The notes under the pieces are model-generated. The model was given only the letters and a program-made list of their open reading frames with translations, was not told the DNA's origin and ran no database searches. 64,000 nt of DNA from Octopus sinensis (lineage: Eukaryota), in assembly GCF_006345805.1 (NCBI RefSeq), contig NC_043020.1, positions 17,546,001 to 17,610,000 of the forward strand, in the 5' to 3' direction. The translations under genes were made by a program, and so were the position numbers. This document shows, in pieces, positions 49,025 to 62,302 of the stretch (its first letter is position 1; every line of letters starts with the position of its first letter).

Positions 49025-49220
49025 GATGCTTCTCTTCAAAATTAAAGCATATTTGAAGAAAAATATTCTTGTGAATTAAAGTATTTTTGAAGAAAATGCT
49101 CCTCAAACATTAAAGCATGTTTGAAGAAAATTCTTCCCCAAAATTGAGGCATGTTTGAAGTAAATGCGTCTTAAAAATTGCAACATGTTTGAAGACAATG
49201 CTTCTCAAAAATTAACGCAT
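49025..49220. repeat. Diverged 34-bp tandem repeat, ~5.5 copies
   Basis: tttgaag at 49052, 49086, 49120, 49154 and 49188. Confidence 0.85.
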
Positions 49221-49223
49221 AAA

Positions 49224-49610
49224 GCACAGGAGTGGCTGTGTGATAAGTAGCTTGTTTACCAACCACATGGTTCCGGGTTCAGTCCCACTGCGTGGCACCA
49301 TGGGCAAGTGTCTTCTACTATAGCCTCGGGCCAACCAAAGCCTTGTGAGTGGATTTGGTAGACGAAAACTGAAAGAAGCCCATCGTATATATGTATATAT
49401 ATGCGTATGTGTGTTTGTGTGTCTGTGTTTGTCCCCCTAGCAACCGATGCTGGTGTGTTTATGTCCCCGTTACTTAGCGGTTCAGGAAAAGAGACCGATA
49501 GAATAAGTACTGGGCTTACAAAAGAATAAGTCCCGGGGTCGAGTTGCTCGATTAAAAGGCAGTGCTCCAGCATGGCCGCAGTCAAATGACTGAAACAAGT
49601 AAAAGAGTAA
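49224..49610 (+). mobile_element. SINE family A
   Basis: Family A consensus. Confidence 0.9.
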
Positions 49611-50624
49611 AGCATTTTGTTTTTAATGCTCTAACAGTTCTGCCAATCCATTGCCTTCAGCCTTGAGGGACCAGAGACATAGTTAGCATCGTTTCAGCCA
49701 TGATCATTTTCCTTTTACCCTCATTTAATTCTTTTATGGAAGTAGGGTAAATTCTAAAGGAGAGTTGGCTGCTATTTCTAACACATGTTCAATAACCACA
49801 TAGATAATAGAGATGTGTATGATGTGTTTAGATAATAGAGATATGTGTGTGTATTTGTGTATACATACTAGAGATATGTAGTGTGTGTGTACACATAGAT
49901 GTGGGCATTAGGGTGTGCACTTTCATAGAAATGTGTGTGTGTGTTTGTACATAGAGATGTGCATACATTTATAAAGAAGTTTATATGCATGCATAGTACT
50001 ATATATATATATGTGTGTGTGTATAAACAGATATGCATATGTGCACAGTCATATGTGTGTACACTCTGTAAAGTGGTTGGTGTTAGGAAAGGCATTCGGC
50101 TGTAGAAACCGTGCCAAATCAGCCACTGAAGATCAACCTAGTCCTCCATCATTTATAAGTAATTAGCAAAGGCAATTTACGGAGCCATCAATCTACTGAG
50201 TTTATGATTTTAGTTCTCCATATAGGGAAAAGCAACTAATACCATCAAAGACCATACTTCCACTTAGCAGTGAGGCCCAGCTCCAGCACTGGATTAGACA
50301 TTAAGCAAAATAAGCACGTGCCCAGGGCATCAAGGGAAGGGAGGGGGCACCACAGAAAAGCTAAATAGTTTACAGCACAAAAGAAATCACTTTAAACTTG
50401 CTAAAATAATATTCGTAATGCCTTATCTCTGCTAAGTATAGAAGCAGATGTGTTACCTAAGATTAATTTTAAGGGTCTGATCAAAGACTATGCAATTAAA
50501 AAAAAAAAGTAGGAGAAAACTTTTCAAATATAAATAAAGTGGAATTATACAAAAATAAACATTTTCTATCTTACTGTTAGCTTTGTTGCATTTTCAAAAA
50601 TGAAAATTTATTTTACCGTTTATT

Positions 50625-51005
50625 ACTCTTTTACTTGTTTCAGTCATTTGACTACGGCCATGCTGGAGCACCGCCTTTAGTCGAGCAAATCGACCCCAGG
50701 ACTTATTCTTTGTAAACCTGGTACTTATTCTATTGGTGTCTTTTGCTGAACTGCTAAATTACAGGGACGTAAACACATCAGCATCGGTTGTCAAGCGATG
50801 TTGGGGGGACAAACACAAGCACACATACACACATATGTATATGACAGGTTTCTTTCAGTTTCTGTCTACCAAATCCACTCACAAGGCTTTGGTCAGCCTG
50901 AGGCTATAGTGGAAGACACTTACCCAAGGTATTACGCAGTGGGACTGAACCCAGAACCATGTGGTTGGTAAGCAAGCTACTTACCACACAGCCACTCCTG
51001 CACCT
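50625..51005 (-). mobile_element. SINE family A (second, older copy at 51040-51430)
   Basis: Reverse complement of family A. Confidence 0.85.
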
Positions 51006-51464
51006 ATTGCTATTTGTATTTTGAATTACATATATCTTTATCTTTTTCTTGCTTCATTCATTTGACTGTAGCCATATTAGGGCACTGCCGCCAAGGATTT
51101 TAGTCAAACAGATTGACCCCAGGACTTCTCTTAAAGCTTACTACTTGTTCTATCAGTCTTATTTGTGAAACTGCTAAGTTACAGGGATGTAAACATACCA
51201 TCACTAGCTGTCACATAAGTGGTGAGGGACAAACACAGACACAATGACACACACACACAAATATAAACACACACACAATGGGCCTCTTTTTTTCAGGTTC
51301 TGTCTACCAAATCCACTCACAAGGTTTTAGTTGGCCCAAGGCTATTGTAGAAAACACTTGCCCAAGGTTCCACAGAGTGGAACTGAACCCGGAATTGTGT
51401 GTTTGGGAAGCAAGCTTCTTACCACACCGCCACACATATATGAAGGTGATTCCAAATCTTTTAA

Positions 51465-51683
51465 CCCTTTTGATACCAACATGTCTGAGACTACCCTTGG
51501 TCTTACAATAGAAGCTTCTTTTAAAGAGATCTAAATTAAACCCTTCTATCAAAATGTCATGTTATGTTAGGTTTCAAATACCAGTTTATTAATAACAAAC
51601 TCACCTTACTAAATTCTTCGTAGCTGTCAAAATTAACTGAAACAAAAGCAGTGCATTTCAATATAAATTTGGTGACAAAAGAG
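51465..51683. mobile_element. piggyBac-like MITE, second family
   Basis: TTAA-cccttttgataccaa ... ttggtgacaaaagag-TTAA. Confidence 0.7.
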
Positions 51684-51861
51684 TTAAATGCCTAAGGTTT
51701 CTATGGGTCTTAATCCAGCCCACCTGGATCAATTATTTAAGACAAACAGTAAGGTTTGGATCACATACTAAAGACAGGAGCTATGATTGAATGGCATTCT
51801 TCTTCATTCCCTAACAGCAAGTCAGTCTTCTCTTTCACTTAGACTCTTCTACTAAATATGT

Positions 51862-52502
51862 CAGTAGTTCTCAACCAGGGTCCATGTGACCACTGGGAAA
51901 CCATATAAGGCTTTTGGGGGTCCACACAAGCAAAATAGTAAATTGGGGATCTGCAGTAGTATTTTAAGGGTCCATAAAAAAATGTTGCTTTAGATGTATA
52001 TATTGCAAGAAACTTCTGAGTTTCTTTCTCTAATGTTTTTCTAGTTTAACATGTTTCTTATTTCCTCATTGCCCACAAGGGGCTAAACATAGCGGGGACA
52101 AACAAGGACAGACAAAGGGATTAAGTCGATTACATTGACCCCAGTACGCAACTGGTACTTAATTTATTGACCCCGAAAGGATGAAAGGCAAAGTTGACCT
52201 CAGCGGAATTTGAACTCAGAACGTAACAGCAGACAAAATACTGCTAAGCATTTCACCGGTGTACCAATGTTTCTGCCAGCTCGCCGCCTAGTTTAACATG
52301 TTTCCAGCCACTGAAACATGTTCTTTCAGAGTTCTATTGTAAACCTATACAAGCAAAAGGGGGGAAAACAAAATAGGAATTTTGAAAGAAGTATCTATAA
52401 AATTAGCATATAGACATTAAATGGTTCTGGAGGTCCACAAGAATGAAAGAGTAATCAAAGGAGTCCATAGATAAAAAAAAAAAAAATGGTTAAGAACTGC
52501 TA
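51862..52502. mobile_element. hAT MITE with nested family-B SINE (52058-52287)
   Basis: MITE TSD aaatatgt/aaatatgc; SINE TSD ctagtttaacatgtttc at 52041-52057 and 52288-52304. Confidence 0.8.
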
Positions 52503-53630
52503 AAATATGCGAATGCTGGGATTCATGTTTCCAATGTATAAGACATGTAGAAATTTTTTTATGTTGTACTTCTTGCCTGCACTGGGTGGGGCATAGGAAA
52601 GTGCCTGGCATGTGACATGGATACTTACCAAAGGATATTATTTAAGGCTGGCTTTCGGTTTTATAATGTACATGCCACCAATTCATTACATGAATTTGTG
52701 TCAAATGTGAGAAACCATTAAGAGAATATTTGTATATGTATTACACACACAAACACACACACATATATATGTATATATTGTGTATATGAGAATATACGCA
52801 ATATATATGTGTATATATAAATTTAGTTATCTTTTATATAAATGTGTTATATAGATTTAGTTATCTTTTATGTTTGACATGTTTTAGTTATTGGACTGTG
52901 GTCATACTGGAGCACTCCCTTGATTGGTTTTTAGTTGATTGAGTCAACCCTGTTAAACACAGTACTTGTTCTGTTGAGCTCTTATGCTGGTTTGCTAAGT
53001 TATGGGGATGTAAACAAACCAACACAGTGGTGTGAGACAAACACTAACACATGACTGACTGCTTTTAGTTTTCACCTATCAAATCCAGTAACAAGGCTTC
53101 AATTGCCTAAGGTGCCACACTGTGGGACGGAACCTGGAACTGTGTAGTTAAGAGGCAAGCTTCTTACCATGCAACTATGTCTACAGCATCTGTTTTGATT
53201 CTGCACTTAGTATTTATATTAAAATTCTCTCGCCATTGAAATGGCATGATAAAAAAAATTCCTTTAAAACAACCCCCTAAATATTGACTTCAAATTTTGG
53301 CACAAGGACAACAGGTTCAGGAAAGTGAGATAGTTGTTTTCACTGACCCCAGTATTCACCTGGTACTTATTTCATCAACCCTGAAAGAACGAAAGCCAAA
53401 GTCGACCTCAGTGGAATTTGAGCTCAGGATGTGAAGAGAGATGAAATGCCACTAAGCATTTCACCCAGTATGCTAACGATTCTGCCAGCTCACTGCCTGA
53501 ACCCTTTAGCGTTCAGATTAATCTGACAAATGTAATGATTATTTATTCACAATGTTTTGAATTAATTAGGTATTATCTCATAGCTTTAAGATTTTGATGA
53601 AGTGTTTGTTTATTTTTAGAATGTTGTCAT

Positions 53631-54040
53631 AGGTGCAGGAGTGGCTGTGTGGTAAGTAGCTTGTTTACCAACCACATGGCTCTGGGTTCAGTCCCACTGC
53701 ATGACACCTTGGGCAACTGTCTTCTACTATAGCCTCGGGCCAACCAAAGCCTTGTGAGTGGATTTGGTAGACGGAAACTGAAAGAAGCCCGTCGTATATA
53801 TGTATATATATACATATATGCGTGTGTGTGTTTGTGTGTCTGTGTTTGTCCCCCTAGCATTGCTTGACAACCGATGCTGGTGTGTTTATGTCCCCGTCAT
53901 TTAGCGGTTCAGCAAAAGAGACCGATAGAATAAGTATTGGGCTTACAAAAGAATAAGTCCCGGGGTCGAGTTGCTCGATTAAAGGCGGTGCTCCAGCATG
54001 GCCGCAGTCAAATGACTGAAACAAGTAAAGAGTAAAGAGT
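53631..54040 (+). mobile_element. SINE family A inside piggyBac-like MITE
   Basis: Family A consensus; MITE halves on both flanks. Confidence 0.85.
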
Positions 54041-55134
54041 AATAGTGTATGCATGTGAGGTTAGATCTGGTTGATTTCAACATAAAACACGGTAGAATAT
54101 GTGGTCTGGATATAGCAGGTTTGAAAGCTAAAATCTTAAACACCCCAAATATTAACATACGTGTCACACAACATTATCATCATTTAATGTCCATCTTCCA
54201 TGCTAGTATGTTTCATAGGATCCCGTGAGCTGGAGGGCCATGTTGACCTCCAGTGACTGATTTGCTTGGTTTCTACAGCTGGATGCCCTTCCTAATGCCA
54301 ACCACTTTACAGAGTGTATATGCATACAAATCTATACATATGCACATGTCCATAATTGATTATTCACATACACATGCACAACACTATGCATACATACATA
54401 TGCACCTCTTTATAAATGCATGCATATCTCTGTACACACACACACACACACACACACTTCTCAATGTATATATCACTGTATGCCCACATCTATATGTACA
54501 TACATGCATGCATGTGCCTATCTCTAGTATGTATATACACATACACATTTCTATTAACTAAACGTGGCATATTTACATAGCATATAAACATACACTTATC
54601 TATATTCAACATATACATACACATAACTATTATCTACACAAATTATATACACAAATATATCGCTTATGTATACATAAACCATACAATTTTTCGTATATTT
54701 TTCCATATTTGTGTAAGTAGAATGGCTTTTAATGTTGAAATAATTACTATAATTTGATACTCTTCCTGGTGTTAACTGTTCAACAGTGAAATGGGAATGG
54801 TATCTGTTTCCTATTAGCCAGGCAAACTCAAGCAAAGTTATGACCTGCTCATAACGGCTGTGGTAAAATCAGAACTTACTACTGTACAGTGAGCAGTCTT
54901 GTGCTATAACCCCTCAATCGTTGTGCCTTGGTCATTATATCTATCAGTGCGTGTGTCGTTAATTTCCCTGAGAACATTACAAGGAGTATCTTTACATATG
55001 ACTATTTTAGTTGTTTGACAGATGAACTGCCCATTCAAACTCTCCAACTGACACTGTTCTCAACTAAGTAAACAAATAAGTACACATCAAGTACAGGAGT
55101 CAACATAATTGACTTAACTACTCCTACTCTTACC

Positions 55135-55342
55135 CTTTACTCTTTTACTTGTTTCAGTCATTTGACTGCGGCCATGCTGGAGCACCGCCTTTTAGTCGAG
55201 CAACTCGCCCCGGGACTTATTCTTTGTAAGCCCAGTACTTATTCTATCGGTCTCTTTTGCCAAACCGCTAAGTGACGGAGTCAAACACACCAGCATCGGT
55301 TGTCAAGCAACGCTAGGAGGACAATCACAGACACACAGGCAT

Positions 55343-55412
<70 letters not shown>

Positions 55413-55582
55413 CAAATATATATGACGGGCTTCTTTCAGTTTCCATCTACCAAATCCACTCACAAGGCTTTGGTCGGCCTGAGGCTAAAGTAGAAGACAC
55501 TTGCCCAAGGTGCCACGCAGTGGGACTGAACCCGGAACCATGTGGTTCGTAAGCAAGCTACTTACCACACAGCCACTCCTGT
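55135..55582 (-). mobile_element. SINE family A
   Basis: Reverse complement of family A. Confidence 0.9.
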
Positions 55583-56784
55583 ATATGAGTATAAGAAAAC
55601 AGCATCCCTCTGCCAAGCCATGTCAATTCAACATAGCAAAGTAGGTTCATCAATCCAGTATGACCTCAAGCTCAAATTCATGGCCTCCACATCAGACCTT
55701 GGTTGGTGGAGGCCTTTGGCCTGCAGTAGACTGAACATAGGCAATCCAATCTAATCCAATTTTAGTTGTATTTTCCAGTTGGGTGCCTTTTTCGTATCGC
55801 TAACTGTTCAGCTGTGAAATGGGTGTGGCAACTGTTCCCTACTGAAAGGATAGGAAACCAGCAGTGGAGTGTAGTGTAACACGACTTCCTTAAAGGCATT
55901 TGTAACTTACACCCCAAATCTCATACTTTACACACAAGCTCATGCTGTACACAGCAGTATACTACATGAATGTTATGTACATGCACATCATCATCATTTA
56001 AAGTCCATTTTCTATGCTGGCATGGGTTGGACGTTTTGACCAGAGCTGGCAAGCTGGAGAGTTACCAGTCTCCAGTCTGATTTGACATGGTTTCTATGGC
56101 TGGATGCCCTTCCTAACATCAACCATTTTACCGTGTGTGCTGGGGTTTTTACATGGCACTGCACAAGCACTTCTACATGGCACCAACATGAGTGCTTTTT
56201 ACATGACAATGGTGCAGGACATGCCTTCATGTTGTTTTGTTTTGGACCAACCAACCAGCCAACCATCTGTACTGGAAGAAGATTTAATTTAACCAAGCAT
56301 TGCATGCTCAACTACCAGAAACACTTACGGACTACTAAAAGTGGTGACCATTGGCTAAAGTAGTATATTTGATTCAATTGATTTCAGTAAATATTTTCAG
56401 TAAAGATTTCTATATTTTATTGACCCTAGAAGAATGAAAGGAGGCAATCTATACATTGTTGGCTGATCTACTGATCCAAGACTACTTCTTCATACTATAA
56501 AGACACAGCTTTGCTACTTTAGCTTTCTGTTTGTCACTATTGTTGTTTTAATGAATCATTGTCATTATAGACATCACACTACTGACAGAAAAAACGTAAG
56601 ACACTATACTGACTTGTAAACCTTTAATATTCTTGGTAGTATATTATGGTTGCAAAACAAAATACTCTGTCCTCGATAGTGATTAGTTTGTACATACCAG
56701 TTGCCAGAAATGTGTTTAATATGTAAATTGATCTAACTGTGATACTGCTAAACTTACTCTCTCTTTTTTTTTTTTAATCTCTTT

Positions 56785-56957
56785 CCATGCTGGAACACTG
56801 AGCAAATCGACCCCAGGACTTATTCTTTGTAAGCCTAGTACTTATTCTGTCGGTCTCTTTTGCCAAACTGCTAAGTTATGGGGATGTAAACACACCAGCG
56901 TTGGTTGTCAATCAATGTTGGTGGGGACAAACACACAAACATATACACAGACACATA

Positions 56958-56995
<38 letters not shown>

Positions 56996-57183
56996 CACAC
57001 ACACACACACACATATATACAATGGGCTTCTTTGAGTTTCCGTCTACCAAATCCACTCACAAGGTTTTCGTCAGCCCGAGGCTATAGTAGAAGACACTTG
57101 CCCAAGATGCTACGCAGTGAGACTGAACCCTGAATCATGTGGTTGGTAAGCAAGCTACTTACCACACACCCACTCCTACGCCT
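56785..57183 (-). mobile_element. SINE family A
   Basis: Reverse complement of family A. Confidence 0.85.
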
Positions 57184-57923
57184 TAGTGGACATTTAAGCA
57201 ATGCATTTGTGAATAGTTGATGGGTTGGATATGGTGCTGATGAAAGAGCAATAACTCTTGAAATATGCATGTACACTCATTACCTATTCTATCTTTGATC
57301 ACTTTGTTCATGTAGATGTATTCATATATGAAATGTCATAACCTACAGTACTGGCTCTGAATTCTATAGAAAAGCTAATAATAATTGTTTCTAATTTAGA
57401 CACTAGGTCAGCAATTTTGATGTGGCAGGTAGAGTGGGTTTGTTAATTATATCACCTTCGGTACTTAACTAGTATTTTATTTCATCAGCCTCCAAAAGGA
57501 TGAAAGGTAAAGTTGGATGTAGTGGGATTTGAACTCAGAATGTAAAGAACCAGCTAAGGGAGAAACAACTCATTCACAGCTGAGTGGACTCAAGCAACAT
57601 GAAATGAAGTACCTTGCTCAGGGATGCTATGCACTTCCCAGTCCAGACACTGGCCCTATGATCTTGTGATGATGAGCCAAACACCCCCAGCCACTAGGCT
57701 ATACACCTTCACCTCATAACACTAGTTTCCAAAATAGGCACCATATCTCATATTTAGAGGCAAATGGGTTATTGTCAACGTTAATTGAATCCCAGTTCTT
57801 GACTGGTACTTATTTTATAAATCCCAGAAGGATGAGAGCTAAAGTTGAACTTGGGGAAATTTTAGCTCAGACCATAAAAAACAACTAAGTACTGCCAGTC
57901 ATTTCATGTTGACAACAACAGTT

Positions 57924-57956
57924 ATAATAATAATAATAATGATAATGATAATAATA

Positions 57957-57987
<31 letters not shown>

Positions 57988-58225
57988 TAATAATGATAAT
58001 AATAATTTAATAATAATAACAACAATAATAATAATGATAATAATAATTTAATAATAATAATAACAACAATAATAATAATGATAATAATAATTTAATAATA
58101 ATAACAACAACAATAATAATAATGATGATAATAATAATTTAATAATAATAATAATGATAATAATAATTTTATAATGATAATAATTTAATAATAATAACAA
58201 TAATGATAATAATAATAATAATAAC
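57924..58225. repeat. Long interrupted (AAT)n microsatellite
   Basis: Seen directly. Confidence 0.95.
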
Positions 58226-58499
58226 ATGGAAACTATCACATTAACATTTAAAACCAACAATTTAATTTTTCATTTCCTCTTAATCCATTTTAAAACATTT
58301 AATTAACATAATGAATTTTACCAAAATTAACTTAATCCTATGATGTTGTTGCTTAACCCCAGATTACTTCTGAGTGAGCTGATTTATGATCAATTATGTT
58401 GAAACTGGGATTGCCTTGGTTTTTTTTTTTTCATTTTTAAACATGATGTATTGAGGACTAGTGTATCCAGTGTAGCTAGGATTGTATCCCCCAAACCAG

Positions 58500-58745
58500 C
58501 CCTTGTCCTCAAGGCCAGAAAATAAACTCACCTCAACCCCAGTAGCCGCAGACATCTTTCAAGGCTCAACTGAAGCCCAGAATGGAGCACTGATCCTATA
58601 TTTGAGATTGGATTGCTACTATGCATGCAGGCATCCTTGACCATATCCAGAGAAGGGTCACTTGATTGATTGGAATTAAATCTCTAGCAAACATGCTCCA
58701 GCCTCTGGCCCACAGACACACTGTATCTTCTCTTTGTCTTTTTTT
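58500..58745 (+). pseudogene. Decayed Jockey/CR1-group LINE fragment (post-RT region)
   Basis: KAQLKPRMEH..ILDHIQRRVT.LIG...LQPLAHRHTVSSLCLF resembles KAQIRP.MEY..LDRIQRRA..LQPL.HRR.VASLSLFY. Confidence 0.55.
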
Positions 58746-58749
58746 TTTC

Positions 58750-58916
58750 TTTTATATGGCCTCTGTTCCTTTTCTTTTATATAGCCTCTGTTCCTTTTCT
58801 TTTATATGGCCTCTGTTCCTTTTCTTTTATATAGCCTCTGTTCCTTTCCTTTTATATGGCCTCTGTTCCTTTTTCTTTTATATGGCTTCTGTTCCTTTTA
58901 TATGGTCTCTGTTCCT
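58750..58916. repeat. 25-bp tandem repeat, ~7 copies
   Basis: ttttatat(g/a)gcctctgttccttttc. Confidence 0.9.
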
Positions 58917-59369
58917 CATACTTCCACTACTCAGGCACCCCTGATCCACTTGTCTTTCCAAGCTCCACATCTCTCTTGGTGTATCCAACCTGCTTGGTCT
59001 TCCACTAGTTGTTATGCCCAGTCCTTCCTCTCCAGATGTTGACCCCCTGGAATTTCCTCTCTGCTCATGTCTTTTCTGAAGGCATTGACTCACCACAACT
59101 ATTTAAATGGAGTATTAACAATATTGATCTCACCAGTTCTAGAGAACCCATGAAGGTTATAAGCAGTTCTCTTTTCTCCAGGCTTAACAAATATATAAAA
59201 ATTAAAAAAAATATAAACAGAACTACATTATTCTGCCATTTTTTTTTTAATGGTACAATGTAATTTGAGAGAAATTTGGCTGTTGTTTCTAGTAGCTGCA
59301 TAGAGGCTCTTTCATTGATTTCTTTGATCCTTTATTTTGCTGCAAAGTCTGAGTCACTGATACATATAT

Positions 59370-59985
59370 TCTTTTCTACTCTAGGCACAAGGCCCAAAAG
59401 TTTTGAAGAGTGGGAGGGAGGCAGTCGATTAGATCGACCCCATTACACAATTGGTACTTAATTTATCGACCCCAAAAGGATGAAAGGCAAAGTCGACCTT
59501 GGCAGAAATTGAACTCAGAATGTAAAGACAGATGAAATACTACTAAGCATTTCGCCCGGTGTGCTTTATTTCTTTATTGCCCACAAGGGGCTAAACATAG
59601 AGGGGACAAAGAAGTACAGACAAAGGGATTAAGTCGATTACATTGACCCTGAGAGAATGAAAAGCAAAGTCAACCTTGGCAGAAATTGAACTCAGAACGT
59701 AGCGGCAGATGAAATGCAGCTAAGCATTTTGCCTGGCGTGCTAACGTTTCTTATTTCATTACTGCCCACAAGGGGCTACACACAGAGGGGATAAACAAGG
59801 ACAGACAAATAGATTAAGTCAATTACATCGACCCCAGTGCTTAACTAGTACTTATTTAATCAACTTTGAAAGGATGAAAGGCAAAGTCTATCTCAGTGGA
59901 ATTTGAACTCAGAATGTAGCAGCAGACGAAATACCACTAAGCATTTCGCCCGGCGTGCTAACGTTTCTGCCAGCTCACTGCCTTC
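59370..59985 (-). mobile_element. Tandem trio of family-B SINEs
   Basis: Head-to-tail copies at ~59385-59565, 59566-59750 and 59751-59983. Confidence 0.8.
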
Positions 59986-60759
59986 CCCGATACATATATT
60001 GCATCATTACTGAGACTGTGGGGCTGCTTAATGTCTTTTGCCAGTTTGTTGCCTCTCAGGTAAACTTTGATATGCAATACTGCCTAGCTTTGGCACCCAG
60101 CACTCCATATTATTTTAATGTTCCTGTCTTTTTCTTTGTATTAACTTAGTGTAATTTTATCAAGCACACTTGTGCAATGTGCATATTGCTGTTAATGAAA
60201 GAAATAACAGGAAATTGTCACTGCTGTATTAGAAACATTTCTGAATGAACCATTTCTCTTGAGAGTTTGAAAATTTGATCCTCATCCACCAAACTTAAGA
60301 ATTTTCCTGTTATTTTTTTTTTTTGCATATATTTACATTTTCATACAAATTTGTGATTATTTGATGGTCAGATGTTTCCACCTAACCACATCATTACCAT
60401 GCACAACACTAACACATCAAATGTTAGCTTTGCATACTCATTTGGGACTTTCCATTCTGTTTGTGACTGTCAAGATTTTGACATGGTTTTATCAACAGGA
60501 TGCCCTGCCAACCATCATCAACCACTTTACAGCATGGACTAGGTGCAGCTTGGCATGCCACCATCATGTGAGGTTGTCTGTCACTATTAACGCTTTAGCA
60601 TTCAGATCACTCTGTCAAATGTAATTCTTATATATTCACACTGCCTTCAATTAATCATATATTAGCTTGTACATTCAAGAATTTAATGATGTGATTGCTT
60701 ATATTTAGAATCACATTGTAGAATGTGTGTGAGAGGCTACATCTACTCTTACTCTCTCT

Positions 60760-61124
60760 TTTACTCTTTTACTTGTTTCAGTCATTTGACTGCGGCCATG
60801 CTGGAGCACTGCCGTTTAATCGAGCAATTCGACCCCGGGACTTATTCTTTTGTAAGCCCAGTACTTATTCTATTGGTCTCTTTTGCCGAACCGCTAAGTA
60901 ACATAAACACACCAGCATCGGTTGTCAAGCAATGCTATGGGGACAAACATACACATATATACAACAGGCTTCTTTCAGTTTCCGTCTACCAAATCCACTC
61001 ACAAAGCTTTGGTTGGCCCGAGGTTATAATAGAAGACATTTGCCCAAGATGCCACGTAGTGGGACTGAACCCAGAATCATGTGGTTCGTAAACAAGCTAC
61101 TTACCACACAGCCACTCCTGCGCC
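60760..61124 (-). mobile_element. SINE family A inside piggyBac-like MITE
   Basis: Reverse complement of family A. Confidence 0.85.
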
Positions 61125-61811
61125 TGGTTATTTTGAACATAAAACAGATAGAATATTTTGGTTTAAATGCTGAAGGGTTGAAGCAGTCTCTTCTACACTG
61201 TACAAGTTTTTATCCATTGAAACAGTGTCTCTCTCTCTTGCGCATAATTCTTTGAGCTTTCATTCTCGTAGCCAGGATACCATCAGTAAGGCTAAGGTCT
61301 CTCTCTAGCCTTGCTCACACAGCTCGCAGCATGGTTGTTCAAAGGAAGGAAGGAGAGAAGCTTATAAAATAATGAGCATATTTGGCTGGTTGAGAAACCA
61401 AGGAGAGAAGCAGTGCTTATGGTAGGCTGGTGGTTTTATTTGGAGTGCATGAGTTCCTAGTAATGAAGAGTGGGTCTTACAGTAGACTGGTGATGCAGTA
61501 GTTGGAAGAATAATTGTGGCTAGCCATACACGTCATGATGAGGGTAGAGGTAGGAGAGTAAAGTGGGGGGTTCAGTGTTTAGTTAAATATCAGATGGAAT
61601 TGTAATTAAATATAATAGGTGCATCATAGTTGAGGAATGAGTGAGGAGCTCTCCACCAGAATAAGTGAAACGATTAGAGAAGAAATATACCTCTGAAAGA
61701 CAATCTGAATGTGGAAAACATTTAACGAAATTCTTCACCTCAAAAATCAGAGAAGTAAAAAGAAATTTATACGTGTGTTCATGTGAGTAGGTGTGTGTAA
61801 AATGTGTCTGC

Positions 61812-62040
61812 ACTTATGTACATGTGTGTGCATATATGTATATATGTGTGTGTGTTTGTGCATATATGTATGTGTGTATGTATGTGTGTATATGTATGAA
61901 TATATGTCTGTGTATATATGTATGTGTGTATGTATATGTATATGTGTGTGTATATATGCTTATATATATGTGTGTGTATATATATATATGTGAGTATGTA
62001 TATATGTGTATGTATATGTGTGTGTGTATATGTGTATGTA

Positions 62041-62073
<33 letters not shown>

Positions 62074-62302
62074 GTATGTATATGTGTGCGTATATATATA
62101 TATATGTATATGTGTGCGTATATATATGTGTGTATATATGTATACATGTGTATGTGTATATGTATATATGTGTGTGTATATATATGTATGCAAATGTGTG
62201 TATATATATATATGCATATGTGTGTGTGTATGTATATGTGTGTATGTGTGTGTATATATATGTATGTATGTGTGTGTGTGTATATATACCTATGTATATA
62301 TA
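61812..62302. repeat. TG/TA compound microsatellite
   Basis: Seen directly. Confidence 0.95.

Larger units (their letters stand above)
50284..51723 (+). mobile_element. Internally deleted hAT (Tip100/ZMYM1-like) element with nested SINEs and a MITE
   Basis: Ends cagcactggatta / taatccagccc; 50414-50510 encodes RNALSLLSIEADVLPKINFKGLIKDYAIKK (hAT C-terminal dimerisation-like); no clear TSD. Confidence 0.55.

Noticed and set aside
52621-52730. atacttacc resembling the U1 snRNA 5' end, or a minus-strand donor GTAAGTAT
   Set aside because: No U1 body follows; all three minus-strand frames upstream contain stops and no clear acceptor is visible.
60045-60066. Possible 15-nt micro-exon ccAG|tttgttgcctctcag|GTAAAC
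   Set aside because: Weak donor and no supporting context; such matches are expected by chance.
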